Source: Candidatus Fervidifonticultor quintus (lineage in GTDB: Bacteria > Sysuimicrobiota > Sysuimicrobiia > Sysuimicrobiales > Humicultoraceae). Taken from it: a DNA stretch of 34,872 bases. The stretch covers positions 1 through 34,872 of the forward strand of contig JAVKIJ010000029.1 of assembly GCA_031459535.1 (NCBI GenBank), written 5' to 3'. Positions 18,068-27,243 of the stretch are shown here, piece after piece. Made by a program: the position numbers and the translations under genes. How positions within the stretch are numbered: the stretch's first letter is position 1; each line of letters starts with the position of its first letter. The notes beneath the pieces are model-generated. The model did not search any database, was not told the DNA's origin, and saw only the letters and a list, made by a program, of their open reading frames with translations.

Positions 18068-19535
18068 CATCCCGGCGCTGCCGCTGCAGATCGTGCAGGA
18101 GGATCATCCCGACTGGCGGCCGCATCCGGTCGCGGTGGTCGCCGAGGACCGACCGCAGAGTCCGATCCTGTGGGCCAACCGCCGCGCCAGAAACTCGGGC
18201 GTGGCGCCGGGGATGATCTACGCGTCGGCGCTGGCGCTGGTGCCGCAGCTCCGTGCGGCGCCCCTCAGCCCCGCCCGGGTCGCCGGAGTGGTAGACGACA
18301 TCGCCGGGCGCTTGCGGGCGTTCTCCCCCGAGGTCGAGCCGTCACCTGACGAACCAGGTGTCTTCTGGGTGAACGTCGCCGGGCTCGACCGGCTGTACGC
18401 TTCCCTGAAGGCCTGGGCCGATGCCGTGCAGGCCGATCTGGCCCGGATGGGATTTACTGCGAGCGTGGCCGTGGGTTTCACGCGGTTCGGGACGTACGCG
18501 GCTGCCCGGGTCGCGCGCGGCGTGCGGGTGTTCGCGGACCCGGACGAGGAGCGCGGCGAAGCAGGGCGCGTGGCGCTCGCTCATCTGGCGGTGATCCCGC
18601 CTCAGGCGCTTGCGGCGCTGCATCAGCTCGGCGTCCGGTCGGTAAACGCGTTTGTGAGACTTCCGGCCGAGGGGTTGCTCGAGCGGTTCGGCTCCCAGCT
18701 CTACCGGTTGCACCGCATGGCGCGCGGCGACCTCTGGACACCGCTGCAGCCGGAGGTCCCCGCCGATCCGGTCCGGCGAGCCGTGCTCCTCGACGATCCC
18801 GAGCGCGATGCGGCCAGGGTGCTGTTTCTGATCAAGCGGCTGCTGCATCCCGTGCTGGCCGCGCTCGCTGCGCGCGGGCAGGCGCTTGCCGCGTGCAAGG
18901 TGCGGCTGCGGCCGGAAGGGCAGCCGTGGCGGGAGGAATGCGTCCGCCCCGCGGCGCCCACGCTGGACGTGGTGCAGGTGCTGGATCTGGTGCGGCTGAG
19001 GCTGGAGTCGGTCGAGCTCACTTCCGGCGTGGTCGAGATCGAGCTCGAGGCCAGCGGCTCCCCGGCTCCGGCCGAACAGATGCGGCTGTTCACCGAGCAC
19101 CGGCGGCGCGACCTCGAGGCCGGTCACCGCGCGCTGGCCAGGCTGCGGGCCGAACTGGGCGAGGGGGCGGTGGTGCGCGCGGTGCTGCGCAGAGGCCACC
19201 TGCCCGAAGCCTGCACCGGCTGGGAACGGCTGGAGCGCCTGCAGGTCCCGCGACCCCGCCGGGTGGAGATCCGCACGCTGGTGCGCCGCGTGCTGGCGCG
19301 GCCGCAGGCGCTGCCCCATACCTCGCGACCCTCGCACGACGATGGCTGGCTCATCTCAGGCGTGGTGCGAGGCGCGGTGGCCGACCAGACCGGTCCCTAC
19401 ATGGTGTCCGGAGGCTGGTGGGTGCGCGAGGTGCGCCGTGAGTACTACTTCGTCGAGACACGGCGGGGCGAGCTGCTGTGGGTGTACTTCGACCGACGGC
19501 GACGGAGGTGGTTCCTGCACGGTCGGGTGGAGTGA
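18045..19535 (+). CDS. imuB: Y-family polymerase-like protein ImuB
   Basis: [26 protein letters not shown]; beta-clamp-type motif QMRLF; ImuB-C-type tail GPY..SGGWW..REYY..WFLHG. Confidence 0.88.
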   Translation: MERLACVDIPALPLQIVQEDHPDWRPHPVAVVAEDRPQSPILWANRRARNSGVAPGMIYASALALVPQLRAAPLSPARVAGVVDDIAGRLRAFSPEVEPSPDEPGVFWVNVAGLDRLYASLKAWADAVQADLARMGFTASVAVGFTRFGTYAAARVARGVRVFADPDEERGEAGRVALAHLAVIPPQALAALHQLGVRSVNAFVRLPAEGLLERFGSQLYRLHRMARGDLWTPLQPEVPADPVRRAVLLDDPERDAARVLFLIKRLLHPVLAALAARGQALAACKVRLRPEGQPWREECVRPAAPTLDVVQVLDLVRLRLESVELTSGVVEIELEASGSPAPAEQMRLFTEHRRRDLEAGHRALARLRAELGEGAVVRAVLRRGHLPEACTGWERLERLQVPRPRRVEIRTLVRRVLARPQALPHTSRPSHDDGWLISGVVRGAVADQTGPYMVSGGWWVREVRREYYFVETRRGELLWVYFDRRRRRWFLHGRVE

Positions 19536-19573
19536 GTCAGTGGATGTCCGCTGGAGGTGGCTTGGGGCTGCCG

Positions 19574-22500
19574 ATGGACTACGTGCCGTTGTGGTGCAAG
19601 ACCAACTTCTCCTTCCACGAAGGCGCCTCGCACCCCGAGGAGCTGGTCGAAGAGGCGTACCGGCTCGGGCTGCGGGCGATCGCGATCACCGACCGCGACG
19701 GCGTCTACGGCGTCGTGGAAGCCCATCTGAAGGCACGCGAGCTCGGCATACAGCTCATCGTGGGTGCCCAGGTGACGGTCGGGGCCGGCCCCGATGGAAG
19801 CGTGATCGTGCTGCTGGCCTGCGACCGCGCCGGGTACGCGAACCTCTGCCAGCTGCTCACCGCCGGCCGCCTGCGCTCGCCCAAGGGCGAGAGCTCGGTG
19901 ACCTGGGATGAAGTGTGCGAGCACGCCGGGGGTCTGGTCGCCCTGTGGGGCGGGGACCGCAGCCTGCTCGTCGGGGAGTCTGGCCCCGAAGCCGACGTTG
20001 ACGCGGTGGCTGGTGCGCTGCGCGACGCCTTCGGTGACCGCCTCTACGCCATGGCGGCGCGGCACCGGCGCGACACCGAGGTGCGCCAGGAGGCCCTGCT
20101 GCGCCGGCGGGCCGCGCGCTACGGTCTGCCGGTGGTCGGCGCGGTGGAGGTGCTCTACCATACTCCGGCGCGACGGCCCGCGCAGGACGCGCTCACGTGC
20201 CTCCGCCACGGCGTGACGCTGGCGGAGGCTGGCCGGCTCCTCAAGCCCAACGACGAGCATGACCTGAAGACGCCCCTGGCGTTTTCGGCGCTGTTCGAGG
20301 ACGACGCCCGCGCGCGGGCCCTCACCGGCGAGATCGCCTCGCGCTGCGCCTTCACGCTGGGGGAACTGCGCTACCGGTATCCGTCCGAGCCCCTTCCCGA
20401 CGGCACGACCTCCGCCCGGTGGCTGCGCGAGCTCACCTTTGCCGGCGCCCGGGCCCGCTACGGCCAGAGGGTGCCGCCGGACGTCGTTATGCAGTTGGAG
20501 CGGGAGCTGGCGCTCATCGCTGAGCTCGACTACTGCGGCTATTTCCTCACGATGTACGAAATCGTCCAGTTCTGCCGCTCCCGCAGCATCCTGTGCCAGG
20601 GCCGCGGGTCGGCGGCGAACTCCGCGGTCTGCTACTGCCTGGGCATCACGGCGGTGGATCCAGTGCGGATGGACCTGCTGTTCGAGCGGTTCCTGTCCCG
20701 CGAACGCGCCGAACCGCCCGACATCGATCTCGACATCGAGCACAACCGGCGCGAAGAGGTCATCCAGTGGATGTACGAGAGGTACGGTCGAGATCGAGCC
20801 GCGATGGTCGCCAACGTCATCCGCTATCGCGCCCGGTCGGCGATCCGCGACATGGGCAAGGTCCTGGGACTCTCGCCTGTAACCCTCGACCGCCTGGCGA
20901 AGCTCCACCCGCACGACGGCCCCATGGCGCCAGACATCGTGCGCGAGGCTGGCCTCGACTCCCAGGCCCCGCTCCATCAGCACCTGGTCCGGCTGGCCAA
21001 TGAGATCCTGGATTTCCCCCGGCACCTGTCGATCCACCCCGGTGGGTTCCTGCTGGGCTGTGAGCCGGTCTCTACCCTGGTCCCGATCGAGAACGCCACG
21101 ATGCCTGACCGCACGGTCATCCAGTGGGACAAGGACAGCGTGGAAGGCGTGGGACTGTTCAAGGTGGACCTGCTGGGGTTGGGAGCACTCACCCACCTGC
21201 ATCTCACCTTTGATCTGTTGAAAGCGCATCGGGGCGTTGATCTGTCCATGGCCACGATCCCGCGGGACGACGCCGAGACGTTCGACTGGATCTGCCGTGC
21301 CGATACCGTCGGCGTGTTCCAGATCGAGAGCCGCGCCCAGATGGCGATGCTGCCCCGGCTGCGACCGCGCTCCTACTACGACCTGGTGATCGAGGTCAGC
21401 ATCGTCCGCCCCGGCCCGATTGTGGGCGGCATGGTGCACCCCTACCTGCGGCGACGAGAGGGCCAGGAGCCCGTCGAGTATCCCCATCCCTCACTGGCAC
21501 CGATCCTGGCCAAGACGCTGGGCGTCCCCCTGTTCCAGGAGCAGGTGATCAGGCTGGCGATGACCGCCGCCGACTACACGCCCGGCGAGGCCGATCAACT
21601 GCGGCGTGACATGGCGGCGTGGCGGCGGTCGGGCCGGATCGAGCGACACCGCCAGCGGCTGATCTCGCGCATGCAGGCCAAAGGGATCGCCCCCGAGTTC
21701 GCGGTGCGCGTGTTCGAGCAGATTCGCGGCTTCGGCGAATATGGCTTCCCGGAATCGCATGCGGCCAGTTTCGCCCTGATCGCCTATGCGTCCGCCTATC
21801 TGAAGCGCCACTACCACGCCGAGTTCACCTGTGCATTGCTCAACGCCCAGCCCATGGGCTTCTACGCGCCCTCCACGATCGTCGAGGATGCCAGGCGGCA
21901 CGGCGTGGAGGTGCGGGCGATCGATGTGGGGCACAGCGAGTGGGACTGCACGCTGGAGGCGCAGCCCGAGAGCGCCTGGGAGTTTGCGGTCCGCATGGGG
22001 CTGCGCTACGTGAGCGGCCTCGGTGAAGAGGACGGGCGGCGCATCACCCGCGCCCGGGCCGCTGCCCCGTTTGCTTCCCTCGACGAGTTCACCCGCCGGA
22101 CCGGCCTGGATGTCGGGGCGCTCCTGGCGCTGGCCCGAGCCGGCGCCTTCGAGAGCCTCGGGCTGGGTCGCCGCGAGGCCCTGTGGGAGGTGCGGGCGTT
22201 CGCCAGACGCCGCGGCATGACGCTCCCGATCCGGGTCGACGAGGTGACCCCGGCGTTCGACGCCCTGGACCCGCTCGAGGTGATCGCCTGGGACTACAGC
22301 ACCAGCGCCCACAGCGTCCGCGGACACCCCCTGGAGCCCCTGCGCGATCAACTGGCGGCTGCTGGCCTGCTCGCGGCACAGGCCATCGCCGCCATGCGCG
22401 ACGGCGAGACCGTGCGCTACGCAGGACTCGTGATCTGCCGGCAGACGCCGGGCACGGCCTCAGGGGTGACCTTCATGACCCTCGAGGACGAGACGGGGTT

Positions 22501-22687
22501 CGTGAATCTGGTGGTCTGGCCCCAGGTCTTCGAGCAGCACGCGCGGCTGGCCAAGACGGCATCGCTGCTGGGCGTGACCGGCCGGTTGCAGAAGCAGCAG
22601 GGCGTGGCTCACATCGTCGTACAAAAGATGTGGACGCCCCGGTTGAAGGAGCGCCTGCCCGCAGTGGCGAGCCGGGACTTCCGGTAA
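19574..22687 (+). CDS. dnaE2: Error-prone DNA polymerase DnaE2 (ImuC)
   Basis: [57 protein letters not shown]-terminal SRDFR motif typical of DnaE2. Alternative in-frame starts at 19544 and 19562. Confidence 0.95.
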   Translation: MDYVPLWCKTNFSFHEGASHPEELVEEAYRLGLRAIAITDRDGVYGVVEAHLKARELGIQLIVGAQVTVGAGPDGSVIVLLACDRAGYANLCQLLTAGRLRSPKGESSVTWDEVCEHAGGLVALWGGDRSLLVGESGPEADVDAVAGALRDAFGDRLYAMAARHRRDTEVRQEALLRRRAARYGLPVVGAVEVLYHTPARRPAQDALTCLRHGVTLAEAGRLLKPNDEHDLKTPLAFSALFEDDARARALTGEIASRCAFTLGELRYRYPSEPLPDGTTSARWLRELTFAGARARYGQRVPPDVVMQLERELALIAELDYCGYFLTMYEIVQFCRSRSILCQGRGSAANSAVCYCLGITAVDPVRMDLLFERFLSRERAEPPDIDLDIEHNRREEVIQWMYERYGRDRAAMVANVIRYRARSAIRDMGKVLGLSPVTLDRLAKLHPHDGPMAPDIVREAGLDSQAPLHQHLVRLANEILDFPRHLSIHPGGFLLGCEPVSTLVPIENATMPDRTVIQWDKDSVEGVGLFKVDLLGLGALTHLHLTFDLLKAHRGVDLSMATIPRDDAETFDWICRADTVGVFQIESRAQMAMLPRLRPRSYYDLVIEVSIVRPGPIVGGMVHPYLRRREGQEPVEYPHPSLAPILAKTLGVPLFQEQVIRLAMTAADYTPGEADQLRRDMAAWRRSGRIERHRQRLISRMQAKGIAPEFAVRVFEQIRGFGEYGFPESHAASFALIAYASAYLKRHYHAEFTCALLNAQPMGFYAPSTIVEDARRHGVEVRAIDVGHSEWDCTLEAQPESAWEFAVRMGLRYVSGLGEEDGRRITRARAAAPFASLDEFTRRTGLDVGALLALARAGAFESLGLGRREALWEVRAFARRRGMTLPIRVDEVTPAFDALDPLEVIAWDYSTSAHSVRGHPLEPLRDQLAAAGLLAAQAIAAMRDGETVRYAGLVICRQTPGTASGVTFMTLEDETGFVNLVVWPQVFEQHARLAKTASLLGVTGRLQKQQGVAHIVVQKMWTPRLKERLPAVASRDFR

Positions 22688-22731
22688 GAGGGCCCGCTGG
22701 AACGGCCCACCCAGCCGTGGTCCCCACGGTC

Positions 22732-23898
22732 TCAGGCCGCCCGTACCAGGGTGGTCACCGCCGCCGCCAGCGTCGCGGCATCGGCCTCGCTGTTGTACCC
22801 TTGAATGGAAAATCGCAGGACCTGCCGGCCGTTCCACTGGAAGACCGGTGCCTCAACGCCGAACTCCTCCCGCAGCCGCCTGGCGAACGCGTCGGCGTCG
22901 CATGCCGGGAGGAGCGCGCTCGCCATCTGGCCGAACCAGCCGTCCCCGTCAGGGCACAGCGCGGGGAGCCCCGTGGCCCGGTTGATGGCCTCGCGCGTCG
23001 AACGGGCCACCGCGTGGCACCACCGGCGAGTGACGTCCCAGTCGTTGGCCCGGAGGAAGTCGATCGCGGCCGGCACGCTCAGGAAGGCAGCGAGGTCCCG
23101 GGTGCCCTGCCACTGGTGCTCGTCGATGAACCGGGAGGGTCCGGGCTTCTCGGGCCGCCAGCCCCAGCTCACGATCAGGGGCTCCAGGAGCACCTGCACG
23201 TCCCGCCGCGCGTACAGAAACCCCGAGCCCTTTGGCGCGCACATCCATTTGTGGCAGTTGCCGGCATAGAAGTCGGCACCTATCGCCTCGAGATCCACCG
23301 CGATCTGCCCCGGCGCATGGGCGCCGTCTATCACGGTCACGAGACCTGCGCCCCTGGCGCGCCGGACCAACTCCTCGACGGGCATGATGAGCGCCGTCGG
23401 CGCGGTGATGTGGCTGAGGAACAGCACGCGCGTGCGTGGGGTCACCCGTGCCCAGATGGCGTCGACGATCTGCTGCGCGGACTCCACGGGCACCGGGACC
23501 CGTGCCTTCACGTATTGGGCACCGGCGCGCTCGCAGAGAAACTGCCACGTCCGGTCCGCTGCGCCGTACTCGTGGTCGGTGGCCAGGACCTGGTCGCCGG
23601 GACGCAGGCGCAGCGAGCGGGCGACGATGTTCAGCCCGGTGGTGGCGTTGGTGACGAAGACCAGGTCGTCGGCGCCGGCGCCCAGATAGCGGCCCAGGGC
23701 CGCGCGCGCATCGGCCAGCAGGTCGGCCGCGCGCCGGAAGAACGCGACCGGCTGCAACTCCAGTTCCCGCTGCCAGCGCTGATAGGTCTCGAAGACCGGC
23801 TTGGGGCACGCGCCGTACGAGCCGTGGTTGAGGAAGACCACGTCGCGCTGGAGCAGGAACTGCTCGCGGAGTTCTGAGCCCGGCCGACGCACCGCCAC
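22732..23898 (-). CDS. Aminotransferase class V (isopenicillin-N epimerase/EgtE-like PLP enzyme)
   Basis: FLNHGSYGACP, NATTGLN, DHEYGA, IDGAHAPG, GNCHKWMCAPKG, WQGTRD. GTG start 23898 (or 23892) after GAGAGG. Confidence 0.85.
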   Translation of the reverse strand: MAVRRPGSELREQFLLQRDVVFLNHGSYGACPKPVFETYQRWQRELELQPVAFFRRAADLLADARAALGRYLGAGADDLVFVTNATTGLNIVARSLRLRPGDQVLATDHEYGAADRTWQFLCERAGAQYVKARVPVPVESAQQIVDAIWARVTPRTRVLFLSHITAPTALIMPVEELVRRARGAGLVTVIDGAHAPGQIAVDLEAIGADFYAGNCHKWMCAPKGSGFLYARRDVQVLLEPLIVSWGWRPEKPGPSRFIDEHQWQGTRDLAAFLSVPAAIDFLRANDWDVTRRWCHAVARSTREAINRATGLPALCPDGDGWFGQMASALLPACDADAFARRLREEFGVEAPVFQWNGRQVLRFSIQGYNSEADAATLAAAVTTLVRAA

Positions 23899-23917
23899 GG
23901 TTCCTCTCTGGAGCCGC

Positions 23918-25009
23918 TCAGACCGGGAGGACGCGCACCTCACGGGGGAGCATGCTCAACCGCTCGCCGCCTTCGGCGGTGACCACCACGATCTCCTCGA
24001 GCCGGACGCCGAACTCGCCCTCCAGATAGATCCCGGGCTCCACGCTGAACACCATGCCCTCCCGCATCGGCATCTCGTTCAGGTGGGTCACCGACGGCGG
24101 CTCGTGCCCGGTAATCCCGATGCCATGCCCCGTGCGGTGGGTGAAGTACTGACCGTAGCCGGCTTCCTCTATCACCCCCCGTGCGGCGCGATCCACCGCC
24201 GCAAGGGGCGCCCCGGGCCTGACGGCATCAATGCCCGCGCGCACGGCGCGCTCGACGATCTCGTGGATCTGGCGGTAGCGCACCGACGGCTGGCCGAGAT
24301 GGGCCATCCGGGTGATGTCCGAGGAGTAGCCGTCGAGCCGGCCGCCCAGGTCCACCAGGACCGGCTCTCCGGCCTGCAGCGCCCGTCCGGTGGACGTGTG
24401 ATGGGGGTAGGCGGCGTGCGGTCCGCCAGCCACGGTGGCGAAGCCCACGTCGGTGACTCCCTGGGCGCCAAACGCGTCCACGATGGCCCTGGTCACGGCC
24501 ACCTCGGTGACGCCCGGCCGGCAGGCGGCAAACGCCGCGTCCACGGCCACGTCGGCCGTCGCGGCAGCGCGCCGCATGGTCTCGATCTCATCGGCGCTCT
24601 TGATCATCCGCACCGGCGCCATGACCCGTGCGCCGGGCACGAAGGCGCTCCTGGCCCAGCGTCCCTGGAGCAGCAGCAGGAAGTCGGCGCGCATCGCATC
24701 GGCCACCGCGATGCGCTCGACCCCCCCGAGCCGATCCTGGACCCGCCGCAACACGTCGGAGGGGCCCTCGGCGTCGGTGTACACGAAGAACGGCACGTCG
24801 ATGTGGGCGCGCGCCTGCCCGGCGTTGAGTTCGGGTACCAGGAACACGGCGTCAGTGGCGGTGATGAACAGGTAGCACGGCCGCTCGTCAGCATGGGGGC
24901 TGTAACCCACCAGGTAGAACAGGTCGTCTCCGGGCGAGAGGCTCAGCAGGTCTACACCCTCGTCCTCCATCTGGACACGGATACGGGCAAGACGGTCCTG
25001 GCGCAGCAT
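23918..25009 (-). CDS. Xaa-Pro peptidase family (M24B) protein
   Basis: RMIKSADEI, YPHH, VDLGG, YSSDITR, HRTGHGIG, HEPP, SVEPGIY, GVRLEE. ATG at 25009 with GGAG upstream. Confidence 0.92.
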   Translation of the reverse strand: MLRQDRLARIRVQMEDEGVDLLSLSPGDDLFYLVGYSPHADERPCYLFITATDAVFLVPELNAGQARAHIDVPFFVYTDAEGPSDVLRRVQDRLGGVERIAVADAMRADFLLLLQGRWARSAFVPGARVMAPVRMIKSADEIETMRRAAATADVAVDAAFAACRPGVTEVAVTRAIVDAFGAQGVTDVGFATVAGGPHAAYPHHTSTGRALQAGEPVLVDLGGRLDGYSSDITRMAHLGQPSVRYRQIHEIVERAVRAGIDAVRPGAPLAAVDRAARGVIEEAGYGQYFTHRTGHGIGITGHEPPSVTHLNEMPMREGMVFSVEPGIYLEGEFGVRLEEIVVVTAEGGERLSMLPREVRVLPV

Positions 25010-25157
25010 GGCAACGCTCCGATGGTACAGAGTATGGGGAACCAACCTGGGAATTCTCACATGAGGGCTGTATGTCCTGGAGGACGCAGCGGTCTTGAAG
25101 GCTGCGGAGGGGCGGTGGCAGGAGCGGTGCGGGGAGCTGCCGAAACGGGCGGGGTCC

Positions 25158-25985
25158 ATGCCGCAGGATCCCCCGATGCGATTCCCCACAGGCGAGACGC
25201 TGGCGGGCGCCCGCGTCCGGGCCGCCAAGATCGCCTCGGCCCTGGGCCGGCGCTATCCGGTGACGCGGCTGCCGCTACGGCACCGCAACCCGCTGCAACT
25301 CCTGGTGGCCACCATCCTCTCGGCCCAGTGCACCGACGCCCAGGTCAACCGGGTGACACCGGCGCTCTTTGCGCGCTATCGGACCGCAGCCGACTTCGCC
25401 GCCGCGGATCTACCCGAGCTGGAGGGCTACATTCGCCCTACGGGCTTCTATCGCCAGAAGGCCAGGGCCATTGTGCGCATGGCACGCACGCTCGTGGAGC
25501 AGTTCGGCGGGGTCGTGCCCCAGACGATGGACGAACTGCTCCAGCTCCACGGGGTCGGCCGCAAGACCGCCAACGTCATCCTCGGCGGTGCCTTCGGTCA
25601 GCCAGGCATGGTGGTGGACACCCATGTCAGGCGCCTCAGCCGCCGGTGGGGATTCACCGTGCACGACGACCCGACCATGATCGAGCAGGACTGGATGCGC
25701 CTCCTGCCGCCCGAGGCCTGGTCGGACTTCTCGCTGCGCGTGATCTACTTCGGCCGCGAGATCTGCTCGGCCAGGCGCCCGCAATGTCCGGTCTGCCCGA
25801 TCAGGGACCTGTGCCCTTCCGCGCAGTCCGGGGGGACGCCTCCCTGGATGAGGGCGCAACGCCGCGGTCGGGTGGAGGCGCGAAGTGGGCGCGGGCGCGG
25901 CAGAGGGCGCGTACGGGGCAGACCGGGCAGCGGGGCTGGCGCGCTACGCAGACCATCGCGCCCAGGTCCATCAGGGCCTGGTTGA
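25158..25985 (+). CDS. nth: Endonuclease III (HhH-GPD, 4Fe-4S) with Arg/Gly-rich C-terminal extension
   Basis: LLVATILSAQCTD, GVGRKTANV (lyase Lys), VDTHVRR, CX6CX2CX5C at 25764-25814. Start 25158 or 25176. Confidence 0.92.
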   Translation: MPQDPPMRFPTGETLAGARVRAAKIASALGRRYPVTRLPLRHRNPLQLLVATILSAQCTDAQVNRVTPALFARYRTAADFAAADLPELEGYIRPTGFYRQKARAIVRMARTLVEQFGGVVPQTMDELLQLHGVGRKTANVILGGAFGQPGMVVDTHVRRLSRRWGFTVHDDPTMIEQDWMRLLPPEAWSDFSLRVIYFGREICSARRPQCPVCPIRDLCPSAQSGGTPPWMRAQRRGRVEARSGRGRGRGRVRGRPGSGAGALRRPSRPGPSGPG

Positions 25986-26529
25986 AGTCCGGCGCCGCGC
26001 GCCGCGGCAGGAGCGCCTCGGCCAGCCTCCACAGGTACCGATCCCGCAGGGTACCCGTGCCCCAGAACACACGCTGCAACACCCGGCGGACGTTGGTGTC
26101 GAGAATCGGCGCCCGCCGGCCGTAGGCGAAAGAGAGTACCGCACCTGCCGTGGACGGCCCGATGCCTTTCAACGCCAGCAGCGCGTCCCGCTCAGCGGGA
26201 ACCCGGCCGCTGTGCCGGTCGACGAGTTCGCGGGCGATGGCCCACAGACGTACCGGGCGGATGTTGTAGCCCAGGGGATACCAGGCTTCCCGCACAGCGT
26301 CCACCGAGGCCCCGGCCAGCGCCTCGATGGACGGGTAGCTCCGCAAGAACTGGTGGTACTTGGGGATCACGCGATCCACCTGGGTTTGCTGGAGCATGAT
26401 CTCCGAGACCAGGATGCGATACGGGTCGGCAGTCCGGCGCCAGGGCAGGTCGCGCCCGTGCCGGCGGTACCAGCTCAGGAGGCGGCGGACGAACGCCCGG
26501 CGGCGCGCGGGGGCAGGCAACCGGCGCAC
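25801..26529 (-). CDS. mutY: A/G-specific adenine glycosylase-like protein, catalytic domain only (short MutY/MIG type)
   Basis: WYRRHGRDLPWR, VSEIMLQQTQV, PLGYN, LKGIGPSTA, LDTNVRRV, NQALMDLGA, CX6CX2CX5C at 25950-25900. No C-terminal NUDIX-like domain. Confidence 0.85.
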   Translation of the reverse strand: MRRLPAPARRRAFVRRLLSWYRRHGRDLPWRRTADPYRILVSEIMLQQTQVDRVIPKYHQFLRSYPSIEALAGASVDAVREAWYPLGYNIRPVRLWAIARELVDRHSGRVPAERDALLALKGIGPSTAGAVLSFAYGRRAPILDTNVRRVLQRVFWGTGTLRDRYLWRLAEALLPRRAAPDFNQALMDLGAMVCVARQPRCPVCPVRALCRARAHFAPPPDRGVAPSSREASPRTARKGTGP

Positions 26530-26539
26530 GGCGGCGGGC

Positions 26540-26941
26540 CTACGGGTCCCTCGTCTCCCGGCGGAACCCGGCCCACTGGCCGAGGACGCCGATGGCGAGA
26601 TGGACGACGTTGCAGGCGTCGTTCACCGGGAACAGATGCAGCACGGTGGTGCGGTCAACGAATCCCAGGACTGCGGCTGCGGTGTAGACGATGCCGGAGA
26701 TCTGCGCGGCCAGTTGCGCGGCGCCCGTGGAGGCGGCCAGCGTCAGGGCAAGGCCGGACGCCAGGTGGACGGCGCTGCGGAGTCCGCGGGGCGAGAGGCC
26801 CACCGCCCTCGAGGCCGCGGGCAGCAGGAATCCGGCGACGCCCAGTGCGAGCAGGGTCAGTCCGGCCCCCAGATCATATCTGAAAGCCAGAGAAGAGCGC
26901 TGGCGCGCTCTTCTCTGGGGCGGGCAGCCTGGGACGGTCAC
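26540..26941 (-). CDS. DUF4383-like small membrane protein
   Basis: TM segments with VHLASG and FPVNDACNVVHLAIG. GTG at 26941 overlaps the TAG of the upstream DUF378 gene. Confidence 0.55.
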   Translation of the reverse strand: MTVPGCPPQRRARQRSSLAFRYDLGAGLTLLALGVAGFLLPAASRAVGLSPRGLRSAVHLASGLALTLAASTGAAQLAAQISGIVYTAAAVLGFVDRTTVLHLFPVNDACNVVHLAIGVLGQWAGFRRETRDP

Positions 26942-27135
26942 TAGCCCTTGAAGGCCGCCTTGTTGGTGAAGATCTGGTGGAGCGCCGACAGTCCCACCAG
27001 GATGTAGATGATCCGGGAGATGATTGCCTGCATGCCGCCGAAGATGTTCCCTACATCCCAGGAGAACAGACCGACAAGCAGCCAGTTGAGTCCACCGATG
27101 ATGACCAGCAGGAAGGTCAAGCCTTTGAGACTCAA
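26941..27135 (-). CDS. DUF378 family small membrane protein
   Basis: LVIIGGLNWLLVGLF...VGNIFG...SRIIYILVGLSA. TTG start with SD GGAGG. Confidence 0.88.
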   Translation of the reverse strand: MSLKGLTFLLVIIGGLNWLLVGLFSWDVGNIFGGMQAIISRIIYILVGLSALHQIFTNKAAFKG

Positions 27136-27183
27136 ATCTCATCACCTCCGTAGTTGATGACGGATGATGTCGCTTGCACCTGG

Positions 27184-27192
27184 AATATAACA
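27184..27192 (-). promoter_or_regulatory. Putative extended -10 promoter (TG-n-TATATT) of the DUF378 gene
   Basis: Minus strand reads TGTTATATT about 50 nt upstream of the start codon, in an AT-rich divergent intergenic region. Confidence 0.4.
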
Positions 27193-27243
27193 CAGGGTTT
27201 CCGGGCAAAGGAAGCTTTGCCCAAACGTTCACGGAGGTGAGGT

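Noticed and set aside
18045-18374. ImuB has D8 and D102-E103 (SPDE), numerically like the DinB catalytic triad, suggesting an active Y-family polymerase
   Set aside because: Aligning on the following strand (FWVNV vs AYLDV) puts G-V at the catalytic DE positions, and the DMDxFFA/steric-gate motif is replaced by DIPALPL. Most likely inactive like other ImuB proteins; a structural alignment would settle it.
22688-22731. Small hairpin CCGTGG-tcc-CCACGG (22715-22729) between dnaE2 and the aminotransferase
   Set aside because: Only a 6-bp stem and no U-tract on either strand; too weak to call a terminator.
25010-25157. Possible LexA box or riboswitch upstream of nth or the M24 peptidase
   Set aside because: There is no GAAC-N4-GTTC match, only a 6-bp stem (CGCAGC/GCTGCG) with no recognisable aptamer.
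19445-26125. Long alternative-frame ORFs (e.g. 19445-21487 -, 22183-23877 +, 23801-26125 +)
   Set aside because: They are shadows of well-supported genes, expected in high-GC DNA with few stop codons, and show no recognisable motifs. The same applies to most other ORF-track entries.
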